From: Convolutriloba macropyga
Lineage: Eukaryota
Assembly: GCF_964194025.1 (NCBI RefSeq)
Contig: NC_134470.1
Span: 20,088,001 to 20,152,000 of the forward strand
Direction: 5' to 3'
DNA length: 64,000 bases
Below are positions 1-12,992 of the stretch, in pieces. The position numbers were made by a program, and so were the translations under genes. Below the pieces are notes generated by a model. That model saw only the letters and a program-made list of their open reading frames with translations. It was not told the DNA's origin and made no database searches. Numbering within the stretch: position 1 is the first letter of the stretch; each line of letters starts with the position of its first letter.

Positions 1-3000
1 GACCGATCGAGAAACAATGAAATAAAGTGATTGTTAAACAGGAAACATATTAGACTTCGTAGTTGAACTACTCAATTACCTAATAAGAGGAAACAAGGAT
101 TAGCATAAGTATTACTCCTGGTATCCCAAAAATAGTTAGAGCCAAATTCAATTACCGGGCAACATCTTTCGAAACAGTTTCTGTTTTTGATTTATTTTTT
201 CGATGTCTACTCGATTAAATTTAGACCGCTTTACGGAGCAACTGTTCTTTAAGAGCACTTTGAGCAGAATTACTCACTTTTCAAACTTGCATGGGGAACT
301 AAAAAAGATTTCACGCAAACTCGCAAACTGTTGAACAAGATGTGCACTAAGGTAAAGAGGAACTAATTTTTATTGCACTTAGTAAAAAACATAATAGGAC
401 AAGTCCTCAACAACAATTGAAGAATTTTTTTGACTTTAACTTTAAACTGGACCCCCAAAAAAATGAATAATGGTTCTGAAAATGGTTCTGAAAATTATTC
501 AGAGAAAAACTAAGTCAAAATATTACAAAACACAGTGACAACAGATACTATATTGCTGCATATGATTTAAAAATTTACAATTGAGAAAGCCGAAATTCTG
601 TTCAAACACAGTTTTATCACACTAAAATTAGAGTAAAAGAATTTAAGGCATCAAATCCACTCGCTTTTTCCATCAACCTCTTTTTTGGCGTAATCAAAAC
701 TAATATTTCAATCTGACTGCACAAACAATTTTAAGATTGTGTGAAAAAATCTTCTAAAAGACGTAGCCGGAAGACTCCAGAACCGACTTGAAGTATATGT
801 TTGCATAGCTTCAAGCCAAAGTCTCACTGAACTTTGTCGTTCTAATTTGTTCAACAAATCATTTCGAAACAAGCACAGAGTAAAACATACATGAGCAAGC
901 AGACGCTGAAAAGAAGCTGATAAAATATCTGTAAAATTTCTTTGGCAATCAAGATTCTTGGCAATCAAAGCTACTCAGTCTGATGCCGCAAACAAAAAAT
1001 ATCAAAGATTTTATGTCAGGATTTTAGAGATGCCGATAAAATGTAATACAATGGTCAAGCGTTTTTTGTCTTTTATCTCTCTGAAAATCTAATTTAACCT
1101 GTCTTGTCTATTCAAATCATTTCGTTGTATGTTCTATGTTCATTTTTGGAAGGCTGCTGTCAAAACAATTCATTTGAATTGGCCAAAATTTTTTGTAGCT
1201 GAAAACGTTATCGAGATAGATTAAAGAAAAAATATTATACGTTTTTGTCCAAATTATTTTTTTTGTTTCATTAGTGTGTTTGTCTATTTTATGAAATTTA
1301 AGCGAATTATTTGAGATCCCTTTTGATTTACGAAAAAGTCTATTGGAAAACAGCTACAAATAGGAAGACCAGGAACCACGAAAATTTAGAAAAATTGCAA
1401 TTGTCATTTTCTGTCTTTTAAATGTTTCTGTCATAAGGCAATAATCGTTGGTGTTACCTCTTTTGACCAAATTTGTATGGTTTAATGATTAAAAACAATG
1501 AAATGTAAACCTACCCAGCATAATGGGAGAAAATAACTGAATTTAACAAAGGATGGACTGATCGGGAAAAAAGTATTGTTGAATAGAAAACATTTTGGAT
1601 TTCGTAGTTGAACTACACAAGTTGCCTAATAACTCAATCAGAGAAAAACTCACTCATAGAAAAATTAAATCGAAATAGTAGAGAACACAGTGAAAACGGA
1701 GAGTAATTTGCTGCACATGATTAAAAAACTCACAATCGAGCAAGCCGAAATTCTGTTCAAACACAGTTTTATAACACTAATATAAAATCAGAGTACAAGA
1801 ATTTCAAGCCTCAAATCCACTCGCTTTTTCCATCAGTATCCTGTTTTGGCATGAACAAAACTAATATTTCAATTTGACTGCGAACATTTTTAAAAATACA
1901 AAAAACTTAAAAAAATGTTAAAAACTGTTTGAAAAATCTTTTTAAAAACATAGCCGGAATAGTTCGGAACCAACTTCAGGTATACTTTTACATAAGTCCA
2001 ACCCAAAGTCTCGCTAAAGATTGTCCTTCTAAATGGTTCCACTAATCTTTTCGTAACAATAACAGTAAATTATGCATGAGCAAGCAAAAGCTGATAACAA
2101 AAACATAAAATATTTGACAACATTTTTTTACATGGCGCGCTTCCAAAACAACTATTGAAAAATAATGTGCAATAAAAATTGTTTTAATTCAACGATCGAC
2201 AGCTAACTGATAGAATAAACAACAGAAACTGTATATTGGGAACAGAAGAAAAAAGAATAAAATGAGAAAAATATTTTTCTTTCACAAAACTCCATAAAAC
2301 TATTCTGAAAAGCGCTTCGACAGCTTTGCTTTATCAGTGAACCACCGAGTTCTTTTAAGAGGCACAACAAAAAAACTAGTAAGAACACCTTAAAAGTAAG
2401 ATGACTGAAAACTGCTTTGTATAACGTTGAGAAGTTACTTCTGGTTAACATCGCCAAAGGCTCTAGAGAAAAATTTATCAGAAAAAAAGCGATAGCCGAA
2501 AGTTTAAACTTTAAAGATAAAGGCTAAAAAAAATTGAAGATTGTTGAAAATGGGAGAAGATTCGATTGAAAATACTCTGTTTTCCTAATCAAACAAACCT
2601 TAAAATTGATATCAATCAAATTAAAATCACTAGATCGGAAACAACTAGTACAAAAAAAAGTTTCAATAAAAATTTTTCCAAATGCAATAAAAATTGAAGA
2701 AATTTACAAAGACGTCCTAAAAAAGCGTTAAACACAGAAAAACACAAAGGGACAAGTATAGCTCAAAAACTGCATCTAAAAGTCTAGTATCTGTTTCAAA
2801 TTATCTAAATGATACTAAAGGTCCAATTACTAGCTTAAGTAATCGATAAAAACAACGTTGGTTGAAAAACTAAATGCTAAAAAAATAAAAAGCCGCAAGC
2901 GATCAAAATTATCGACCAATTGGCGCAAATTTTTTTCAATTATACTTGTCTCACTCTCAGGTGGAATGGTGCATGAACTGAAAACCATTCTAATTTCCCT

Positions 3001-4470
3001 CATGGTTTTGACTTTTGTTTAACGGATTGAGCTTACCACTTCTTTTTACGTACGCCATTTGACGTCCATTAAAACACATCCTCTAAAAATAGTAGCAACC
3101 GATTTAGAGTAGATCACCGTTAATCTTCGAGTTGTAAAGCAGCATTTCCAGTACAATCCAAATTTATATAATTGTATAATTTTAGGAAAGCAATAAGAAC
3201 GGGTTGAGCTCAGAAGATGAGGGTGTCAAAAATAATAAAAAGTAATAATAAAATCCAGTTATTTTAACAGTTTCTTTTTCACCCTAAAATAAAAAAGGAA
3301 TTTTCAATTAAAAATCATAATAGCCTCTATGAGCTTCGAAATGTTGTTTCTCTTATTGTTCTTTGAAGCGTAAAGAAAAACGAAACCTTGACTGATGAAA
3401 ATAAGCCGGCTTCGCATAAATGCTTTCCAATTTTAACCAATATTGGAACAAAAATTTATAATACTTGTATCCTACTAATGCAAAACCACACTTACAAGGG
3501 ATTTATAACAATCATCTAACAAATTTCATTTGTAATATCATTTTGACGTAAAACAGTTATCATTAAAAACTATAGAATCAAATAGCCGAACGACGCAAAA
3601 ACCAATAGAATTTTTCAAAAAATGATTCTAATTAGTAGCAATATGTTCAAAGAAGTATAATTGAAACATGAAACTTCCGTTTTAGTAGATTGATTCCCAT
3701 ATTCAATAAAATTTCAACAGATCCCCTGTGGGTTAATCAAAGCTCAATTGCTAAAAGAGCTACAAATGTGAAGATTAGGAACCCAAAAATCTGCGAAAAT
3801 TGAAGGTACTGTTATTTTTGTCATCAATTTTTTCGCTTGTAAGACAATAATAAGTGTTACCAATTTTAAAACAAAATTTGAATCATTTAGTACAAGAAAT
3901 TTATTTTTTAAAATTTTTAATTGGCATATTAAGCGAAAATAGCGGTATTTAATTGAAAGTTGTAAAAAACCGAAAAAAGGGAAAAAGTTGTCTTTCTACA
4001 AAAAAATTTTCTAGTCCGTTTGAATTTGATTGAATTTTGTAGTTGAACAACTCCTGTTTGCTAACAAGAGGACACATGGATTAGTATAAGCATTACTCTT
4101 GGTGCCGCAGACTAGTTAGAGCAAGGTTTAATTAGCGGACATCAAAAACAGGGTATCATTTTTTATACCATTTCTGTTTTTGAATTCGTTTACCAAATTT
4201 ACTCTGTTAAAATCAGATTGCTTTGCTTCCGAGTTATAACAACTATTGGAACAAAATTCATAATTTTTTTATTCTAAATGTGCAAAACGAGACTTACAAG
4301 GGGCTTATAATAATCATCTAACCTATTTCATATAAAAAATCATTTTGGCGTAAAATAGATATCACCAGAAACTATAGAAAAAATAGCTGAAAGATGTATA
4401 AAGCAATGAAAATGTCAGAAAATATTCTGATTAGTAAATATATGTTTAAGTATAATTGAAACAAGAAACT
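1..4470. repeat. Cluster of diverged copies of a dispersed AT-rich repeat family
   Basis: The modules 'tcgtagttgaactac' (57, 1602, ~4039), 'gccgaaattctgttcaaacacagttttat' (589, 1744) and 'tcaaatccactcgctttttccatca' (651, 1811) recur here. Related copies occur at ~24880-25650, 26450-26600 and 33130-33230. 3450-3690 is duplicated at 4245-4470. Confidence 0.6.
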
Positions 4471-4939
4471 GTGAATCCCAAAACACAAAGGAACAATGCA
4501 AAGTGATTCAGCGCCTATTTCTGAATAAAACAGTTAAGATTTATGTTTATATTGCTAAACTTGAGTTGTTTTTCTACTAAAATTGAAATAAACAATGTTA
4601 TTTGTTTCAATTTACCTTAAAGCACGCACAAAAAAGTCTTGAAAAATTGCTGCGAGAATTGAAAGTCAATGCTTCAATACAAACCAACGGGAGCGGAAAG
4701 CTCAGGCAGAATGAATTTGTAAGAATCTTGCAGGATCATTACCCTTCAAGTCATCTTACAAGTCATTCTTGGAAGATAGCCATCGTCGCGGACGATCAGC
4801 TTGGAAAGTCATTGATCTCGCACGACCTTAAAATACCTTGCAAGATATACATTCGTTGCAAGAATCCTAACAGATCTTGCAAAATAATCGTCCGGTTTCA
4901 CTTGGGGTGCTAAAATTTCCGGATCAAAACAGGTGGAGG

Positions 4940-5137
4940 TCTCACCGCTGTGGTATTTGTGATGATAGTTCTGATGGTGATTGTAACTGCTGTTGGAATA
5001 GTACACACTAGCCAGCTGGTTTCCTGTTTGGGCACTTGCTCCTGATCCCAATGGCACCACTGCACCTTTCCCCACAATTGAGTGAGATCGGGAACACTCA
5101 CCAGCACCTAATTGCACCTCCGTGTTTGAAAATTTCC
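4940..5137 (-). CDS. Possible internal coding exon of a host gene (Gly/Ser/His/Asn low-complexity)
   Basis: GC-elevated open frame (GKFSNTEVQLGAGECSRSHSIVGKGAVVPLGSGASAQ...SSYNHHQNYHHKYHS). A CAG acceptor at 5140-5138 lies just after an in-frame TAA. Candidate donors are GTGAGT (~5100) and GTGAGA (~4945). The acceptor lacks a pyrimidine tract. Confidence 0.3.
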
Positions 5138-5556
5138 CTGTTTATCTTCTTCGTACTTATTTTTTTCCGTACAAACAAAATAATTTAACTTCTTTTTAAG
5201 CTGTGTCAATCTCGTTTTAGGCACAACTTATACTTTGTGTACTCTCTCAAACTTCTGAAAAACTGGAAACAAAAAAGCCTTGGGGGGATAACGAAAAAAA
5301 ACTAATTATGATGCTTCACTTTTTAACAAGTAGTTTTAAATATTTACCACCCCCACCCCCCCCCCCCCCCCGCGTATTGGGTACACTTTATCTGCGTCAA
5401 GAGTATTACACGGTCACTTAATTAACTAAATCTTCTATACTTTATTTACTTATACGAGATCTATTAAAAAACTTTTCTTTACATGGAATGATATAATAAT
5501 TTTGTGCCAGGGCAAGGGCGCATCCTAAAAGGGTGTCGATAAAGTTTTTTAAACTA

Positions 5557-5690
5557 CCCTAGTCGAGTTAATCTTCCAAGAATCGTGCAAGATCTTGCAA
5601 TATTATGCATAATCTTGTAAGATTTTCTTGCAAGATTAACAGAACTTCGCAAGATTTTCTTTTCAAGATTAACATCCTGTCTCGACAGGG
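5557..5690. mobile_element. Small MITE with TA target duplication
   Basis: TA|CCCTAGTCGAG ... CTCGACAGGG|TA termini with internal CTTGCAAGA repeats. A related fragment lies at ~4710-4905. Confidence 0.65.
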
Positions 5691-6236
5691 TATTTTAAGG
5701 ATCCAAAAGCTCAAAAACTTTGAATGGCACTTCATGCCCCTGTGTCATATGCATCAAGTTAAAAGTTAATTGTCAAATACTGGTAAATCGAAATGTTTCG
5801 CAACTGTGCGGGAGGCGCACAGAATAATGCACCCATTAGGGCGCAGAGAGGGTGAAATGCGGAGAAGTTCCGAATACAAGAATCTCAACCGATGGCTTTC
5901 GAAAAGGGCTTTGTTCTTCTTCTTCGTAACATTCAATTGATCATAGTTCCTAAAATCTTAATTTACATAACAGATAAAAAAACCGAGCCAATTTCTGACT
6001 ACTTTTTTTCCCACTCGCTACTACTATTTGCGACAACTGTAAGAACAAATATTTAACCAGAGAGCAAGCTCCTAGTTGATAGCTGACTTGATGCAAAACA
6101 CAAAGGTTTGTAATAAAATAGAAAACTTATCGTGATATGACGCCCACATTTAAATAAACTAAATGAAGTCCAGCCCAGGGAAAATCCAGCCAATTTACTT
6201 TCATGCCAATTAACCGTCAATGACAGTCTTTTGCCC

Positions 6237-6648
6237 GGTGTCCCATTTTTTCACCCCTATTCATTTAACCCCCTATCATTTAACCCCGATTTATTCACCC
6301 CTGTATCATTTAACCCCTCTATCTTTTAACCCCACTATCATTTCACCCCGATTTTAATCCCTATAAAATAAGGATTATTAAATTAGCAATAAAATCATTT
6401 GGCCATGCCTCGCGGGCCATGGCCATGCCTCAGCGGCCCGTGGGACTTGATATGAAACTATCACAACCGAACGTGGGATTAATCTATCCACTTAAATATG
6501 ACAAAACATGCCTTTAATGTCGACTGCTAATTAGCGGGATGAAATGATAGAGGGGTGAAGTGATAGCGGGGTTAAATGATAGAGGGGTGAATAAATCGGG
6601 GTTAAATGACAGGGGGTTAAATGAATAGGGGTGAAATGAAGTAGAACC
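6237..6648. mobile_element. Foldback/MULE-like non-autonomous element, arm type A
   Basis: Long inverted arms of ~16-bp repeats (tcatttaacccc.. / ..ggggttaaatga), GG...CC ends, and flanks cttttgccc / cttgccc. A second copy is at 30881-31257 in opposite orientation. Confidence 0.75.
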
Positions 6649-7442
6649 CTTGCCCATAGCCTAATTAGGTATCAGAAATTGAAATTAAGTATCTGAATTT
6701 TTTGGTCTTTCAGTTTTAAAGAAAAATAATTTTTAAAAATTGGTGGTGAATTTATATTTCTATATAGCTATAATCAACTGCAATAACATCTTTCTGACAC
6801 CTGGGTGCGGGTAGCTTTAACCTGCGTGATTCTGCACTTTTTATAGAGTAAAATGTGTCAAGTCACTGACAAAGTCGGACTTTATATTTTAAGTGATTCT
6901 TATCGACTAATCCACTGAGAGGAGAGTTGAACAAATTGCCTGAGTAAACGAAAAAGAGGAAAGCAATTGATGAAATTAAAGAATAGGAGGGGACGATAAA
7001 CTTAAATAGTAGACAGTTGATTTAAATTACAACCATGTCAGCAAAAAAACTAAGTGATATATTGTATACGTAGCAAATAAGGGTATCATAATTGCGCTTA
7101 TACTTCAGCTTTTCATGTTCAAAAAATACGCTTATCAGACGTGAACTTCCCCCAATTAAGGCTTTGTACGATATTCTGCCAAGTTTTTTATGATAAAAAT
7201 TTTGTGTCAGGTTCCAATCCAAATAAGTTCTTTAGCAACTAAATGCGGGTTTTTCCATAATGGCCCTCTCTTGCCCTTCAGGGTATAGGTATAAACATGA
7301 TAATTGGTGTGAGGGGTGCGTTATGCAACCACTAAGCTGTAGTGAGATATAATTTGCCGGACCGGAAATTCTGCCTTGCTTTATCTCGCCTAACCAAAAC
7401 GTTTATCGTGTTAAGTCCGATTAGGCCTAAGTTCGATAAGTC

Positions 7443-8337
7443 GGATCCTTTCAACAATTGCCCTCCCATTTTGCAAAAGCGGGACTGTTCTCGAATAGAA
7501 TTTAAGCGAGCAATTTATTAACCAATCAGAGACGACTAATAACTTCCCGTGTATGCTAATGCTGAATAGAATAAAATATTTCATCGGATTGGCGGTTCGT
7601 TGGGCACATAAACTGCGACAGATCCGCTTTACCGTAATTTTGAAGTTTGAGATCTGATGTTTATATGTCTTGTTTGTTTTTAATGGTGGAATGCATAAAA
7701 AACGACTTCGAAATAAAGAAAAAAGTTAATATATTGCAACACCTTGAGAGGTCCCTTGCTATATATTTTGGGTTTATCATTTGACTATAAAAAATAAAAA
7801 GTCGGATTTATTCTGTTTTGCCACAAGTGCTTTCACACCCCCCAGTTACTAATTATATGTTGTTATATAGCACGTAAAAGAGTGAAAGATGTAAGCCCAC
7901 TAAGCTGGGGGGCAAAATAGGGGTCTTTCTCACTATAGCCCCCCATGAAATTACAGCCCCCCATTATGGTATAATTACCATGTTTGGGGGGGGGGGGGGG
8001 GGTGGGGGTGCTATAGCTTATCTGACCACTAAGCTTGGGGGGGGGGGGCTATAATGGGAAAGACCCGTTTTTTCAAAAGCAACAAATTGCATGTCTAGTA
8101 AAAGTGTTTCAAGTTTCGGCTCACTCGGTGGGCGCTTCGCCGCGATAACCGACCCGCGTTTTCCGGATTACATCCAACAGCGCATGAAAGGCATGGCCGT
8201 GAACAGCGGTGCCCAATTGTGCTCAAACTTATATTCGGCTATTTAAACTGTAGGCCAAGTAATATTGTGACAAAGTATATCAGAGAAATGGGGATTCGCT
8301 ACCAAGTACTAAAGGGGGGCAATTGTTGACAAGATCC
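7443..8337. mobile_element. MITE with GGATC termini, containing a nested MITE
   Basis: ggatcctttcaacaattgccctcc ... ggggggcaattgttgacaagatcc inverted ends. Related GGATC..GATCC elements with a cccactaagct core are at ~8965-9130, 12306-12531, 12551-12730 and 31585-31728. Confidence 0.5.
7921..8066. mobile_element. MITE with GGGTCTTTCCCATTATAG terminal inverted repeats
   Basis: gggtctttctcactatagccccc ... gggggctataatgggaaagaccc. The same TIR bounds elements at 11926-12048 and 13129-13469. Confidence 0.75.
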
Positions 8338-8701
8338 AAAAATTCCTGTGAGTATATTACACAAGCTACCGTTTGCAGCCTAAAAGTATAGAGCAAACTT
8401 TAATCAAAAATTGGTTTTAATCTTAAAATGACATTCCCAATTATAAATTCTGCGATCTTGTGGTAAGCATCCTAGAGCTTACTTAACATCACTCTAACTA
8501 GTACAAAAGCAGCTAGTTATTTCTTACAAAATGACAACTGTAGATTTAAGCATTTAATGCATAATTGCATAATCTATCTAATTTCATCTCAATTTTATCG
8601 ACTATGCCAACTGTAAGACCACTGTGACTGATATTTTAACAAATCAAATTCTCCAGTTTTTATGAAAAATTAAAAATGTGTCCCTCTGATTACGATTCCA
8701 G

Positions 8702-8901
8702 NNNNNNNNNNNNNNNNNNNNNNNNNNNNNNNNNNNNNNNNNNNNNNNNNNNNNNNNNNNNNNNNNNNNNNNNNNNNNNNNNNNNNNNNNNNNNNNNNNN
8801 NNNNNNNNNNNNNNNNNNNNNNNNNNNNNNNNNNNNNNNNNNNNNNNNNNNNNNNNNNNNNNNNNNNNNNNNNNNNNNNNNNNNNNNNNNNNNNNNNNNN
8901 N
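8702..8901. other. Assembly gap (200 N)
   Basis: Run of exactly 200 N, typical of a fixed-size scaffolding gap. Confidence 0.99.
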
Positions 8902-9161
8902 TGCATTTAAATTTGTCAGATAAGATCTTAGATAAATTTCCGATCTTTACCGTTTTTGCCCCCAGGATCTTTTCCGTTTGTGCCCCCCCCCCCCCCCCAA
9001 TACGTTATGTATTCCCTAGTTACAGAGCACGTGAATCATAATACAAAAAATGAAGAAGCACATGCATCTTGGGGTTGCAAATAAATATGCACCCACTAAG
9101 CTAGGTTGGGAGGGGTGGCAAACGGAAAATATACAATTTGTCTTATAAGATCTTAGTAGAT

Positions 9162-12100
9162 AACACGGATGCTCGGTAATGTGCGTTCGCACCTATAGTT
9201 CCGACGACGACGCTCAAATACAATTGTTACTCAATTGTCTACCAAATGAGGAACAGATTAAAAAAATAACAAATCGGTCAACAGACTACCACAGGAATAG
9301 AGCAATCTACAAATCTGCAAATAATTACAAATATTAATTGCAACCAAAACTGGTTGTCGATTTTTTAAAAACCCCTGTTAACTAAATCAAATTGGCATCA
9401 AATATAACTTAAAAACAGAAGATTAAACTGTCCTTCATTAGAAAAAAAAGGGGACTTTTCCTCAATGCGAATTGGTAACAAGTCGACAAGAAATGAGCAA
9501 AAGAGCAAAGTTTAATAAAACGTTGCTTTTTTGAAAAGAATTAATGTCAAAGTGATGAGAAAAGTTATGCACCAACTGAAATCATTGAGAGAGTGAGTCA
9601 TTTATTCCTGCATAGAGATTGAGTGAGAACTTTCATTATCCAGGATATGTCATCCGAGTACAAAAAGAACGACAGAAACAGGCAAAAAGAAAAATTCAAA
9701 ATTTGCCCAAAAAACGGGGTCCCAGCCAATTAAACATTCAATTGATCACAAAGAACATTACAAATTGTTGATTGCGTTTATATCAAATGGCCTCACGACC
9801 GCCCATTATTGCGACAATGTGAAAAGAAAACATACACCTACAAAAAAGCGCAAATATGCAAAAATTTCTATTTTTTATACAAACTCAGTGTAACAAGAAC
9901 ACAGACCGTATTTGAAGAAAACAAACCGTTATAAGGAGCAATTTTCAGGTCAATGGATAAGAAATGTGATTTGTCTATGGAGATACTGAGCTACAAGTTA
10001 ACAGAAATAAGATCAGAAATCAATTTTTTTAATACAATTTTCAAAAATCCTGACCAACATGTTTTTAACTAAAAACGTAGACAAATAATTTTGCAACTTC
10101 TTCGAAAACTAATTGCGCCTGTTAATAGTGCGAACAAAACATAAGTCCATAAAATAACATTACATAGAAGCTGCATTCAAAAATTTCACCAATAATTTTA
10201 CTACACCACAGCGTTGAAGCCGCTAAATTTACAAAATATTAGAAGTCTTTTTTTGTAAAACGGCTGTATCAAAATCACAACAAAAAGGACTAAAAAATTG
10301 AAAAGATTGTAAAATTCACAAAAATCTACTGAAACAATTTTTCCAATCCCTGAAGACATCAGGTAAAAATTTCGACCAAAACAAAAAATATTTTTTGGTT
10401 CAAAAGAAAAACTAACGAGAACTCTCAATAACGACAGTAAATTACAAAAATGACATAAAATTGTAAATTACTAAAATCAGAATAAAAAGGGGAAGAAAGA
10501 AAATAGTTTGAAAGTCAATGAAACCATTAGCGATATACTGATATCATTTATTGAGTTCAATTTTATAGTAATAGTTGACCATTGAGACCTTTTACAACCC
10601 AATATTTGGCATACGACAACAAATACAGGGCAAACTAAAAACAAACTATACAAAATTCGGCAGGAGAACGGTGTCGCAGCCCTTAAAACAATTAGATATG
10701 AAAACAAAAAGATTAAAAAAATGCAGCGGTTGTTTCAGTTAGATTGTTAAAAAGTGTGACAATTAAAAAAAAAGAAACAAAAAGATATGCAAAAATGGGC
10801 AGTCATGAGGAAATATTGAAAATTTTTGTATGAAAACTCAGTAGTACCAAAACCACAAAACTGATTTTATTGAAAAACATCCTCCACAAAGGTTAGTTTG
10901 TATCTTATACGAAAGAACCTTTGACCTGTATTTACGGAGAATAAGTTAAAAAATGCCAGAAAGGAGATACAGAAATGACAAGTACAAAAAATCATTGAAG
11001 TTTTCTTAAAAGAAATATATTCAATGTTATAAAAGACATTAGATTACAACCAAATGCATTGTAGAGGTTCAACGACACTTTTTGATGAAGCCATTTGCAG
11101 CTTTGATTGGCTCGAATTAGTAATCAGACTAAAAAAATCACAATAGAAGGCAAAACACAAGATTTAATACTATATCTACATTTGGTCTCATTTTTACGTA
11201 AATGGGAGCAGTCATTAATAGAGCCGTGAATTGAAAATTTTGTCACTAATCAACATTAAAAAATAAAAGGCCAAATACATTAGAAACAAAAGGCAGCACC
11301 AACATAAAAATTAAGAAACCTCTGACTGTAAGATTCCATGATGATATCAAACCTAACCCTGATTATGGCGCGCATCCAAAAATCACCCAAGTATTTCAAA
11401 TTTTTGCGAATTAGAGCAATTGTTATATTTGTTATATCAGAAATATTTCGATGTCGAAAAACAATGCTGAATTTTGTAAAGTTATTGAGTTAAATCTGCA
11501 AACAAAACGGAAAATTTTAATTCCAGAAGACTTTTATAGGGCGCCGGATTTCAAGTAACTCTCTTTTGGAGTTTATGGAGATTGTGTTAGCAGCGGTTTC
11601 TAGGTCTCCAATTTCGGCAAACTTGAGCAAAGTTCGGAAACTTGGACAAAAAGCATACTTTGTGCCATTTTGAATAAAAATGTCAAAATTTTTAGCCTAA
11701 AAATATCAAAATTTTTAGCCAAAAAAATCTCCAATCAAACAATTCAGCAACGTTCTTCTATCTCTAACGGTAAGAATAACACTCTACCGTTAAACATGTT
11801 AACTTAGTTCAAATTTTATTTGCAAAATTGAGCCAAATTTTTGCAAAAATTACGTCGAATATTCACTTTCACCTCTCAAAACTTTAAACCTCGATAACTT
11901 CTTGTGGGAAACGAATTTCAAAAATGGGTCTTTCCCATTATAGCACCCCCAGCTTTGTGGTCAGATAACCTATAGGCCCCCAATCATGGTAAACATACCA
12001 TAATGGGGGGTTTTATTTCCATGGGGGGCGCTATAATGGGAAAGACCCAAAAAATAATTCCATATTCTAGTATGAAAGTGCTTTTTAATAATATCACGCA

Positions 12101-12207
12101 CAAATCTCTACGACGAATATATCGATCGGCCAATATTGACTGAACAAAAAAACCCATTTGAGTATATAGTTGCTCCCTCCCTACTAAAGTGGGGGTCGGA
12201 ACAAAAA
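9162..12207 (-). mobile_element. Non-autonomous Helentron-associated element (HINE/DINE-1-like), copy 1
   Basis: On the minus strand the 5' end is TTTTT-GTTCCGACCCCC followed by a short inverted repeat. The 3' end is sub-TIR GTCGGAAC + hairpin GTGCGAACGCAC + CCGTGTT. It has internal homology to 14843-17514. Confidence 0.65.
11926..12048. mobile_element. MITE (GGGTCTTTCCC TIR family) nested in HINE copy 1
   Basis: gggtctttcccattatagc ... gctataatgggaaagaccc is a perfect 19-bp TIR. The insert is absent from the homologous position in HINE copy 2 (~17355). Confidence 0.75.
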
Positions 12208-12790
12208 TTTGTACACGTCAAAGAGTTTGTCTGATCATTCTTACAAGATCTGAGACGTTCTGATGGTATCTTATAAAAACTTATACAAAAATAATTCGCC
12301 AAACTGGATCATTATCTAATGATAAATGGGATTTTTCTGTTTTGCCCCCCCCCCCCCCCCCCTCAGCTTAGTGGGCTTATATTTTTTACGCCCCCCCCCC
12401 CGGCGCACGTGCTTTTTTACATAGCAAGGTGCTGTATTTACATAGCAAGGTGCTGTATAACAACATATAATTTGTAACGGGGGGGGGCGTAAAAAACACT
12501 GGGGTGGGGGAGGGCAAAACAAAATAAATCCGAGAAATGATAAGAATCGTAGGATCCTTTCAATTTGTCCCCCCCCCCCCCCAGCTTAGTGGGCGCATAT
12601 CATCCCTCCTCCTCCCCTCCCCAGACGCACGTGCCGTATTTTTGCATAATGATTTACTATGTAATGGCACGTGCTCTGTGACTGGGGGGGGAGCATAACG
12701 TACTGGGGGGGGGCACAAACGGAACAGATCCGAATTCTATGAGATAAAAAATTGGACGACATCTCATCAAACAGGTAGCTTGGTATGTAC

Positions 12791-12992
12791 CTGCGATGGT
12801 GTTGCTGTTGATACGATCCAGGTGAGTGTGGAAAGAGGTATTGTTGTTGTTATTGTACTTCCTGATGTTGTTGCCAACAGCACTAGAAGTTTGACAAGAG
12901 GACGAGGTGGATGACACTGAGTGGTGTGAACAGGTAGTAGTGTTGACAGTGTTGGCTGGGGCAGTTGATAAGTGTAGACTACTGCTTTTCAT
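12791..12992 (-). CDS. Possible first coding exon of a host gene (Ser/Thr/Asn-rich N-terminus)
   Basis: ATG at 12992 opens MKSSSLHLSTAPANTVNTTTCSHHSVSSTSSS...NNNNNTSF...NTIA, ending at a CAG|GTACAT donor (phase 1). GC content is higher than the flanks. No family recognised. Confidence 0.4.

Noticed and set aside
6415-6482. HDV-like ribozyme in the shared foldback core (ends ..CCGAAC(A/G)TGGGAT)
   Set aside because: I could not find the P2 partner strand or the P3/L3 elements needed for the nested double pseudoknot.
8670-9041. ORFs spanning 8.7-9.0 kb
   Set aside because: Artefacts of the N gap.
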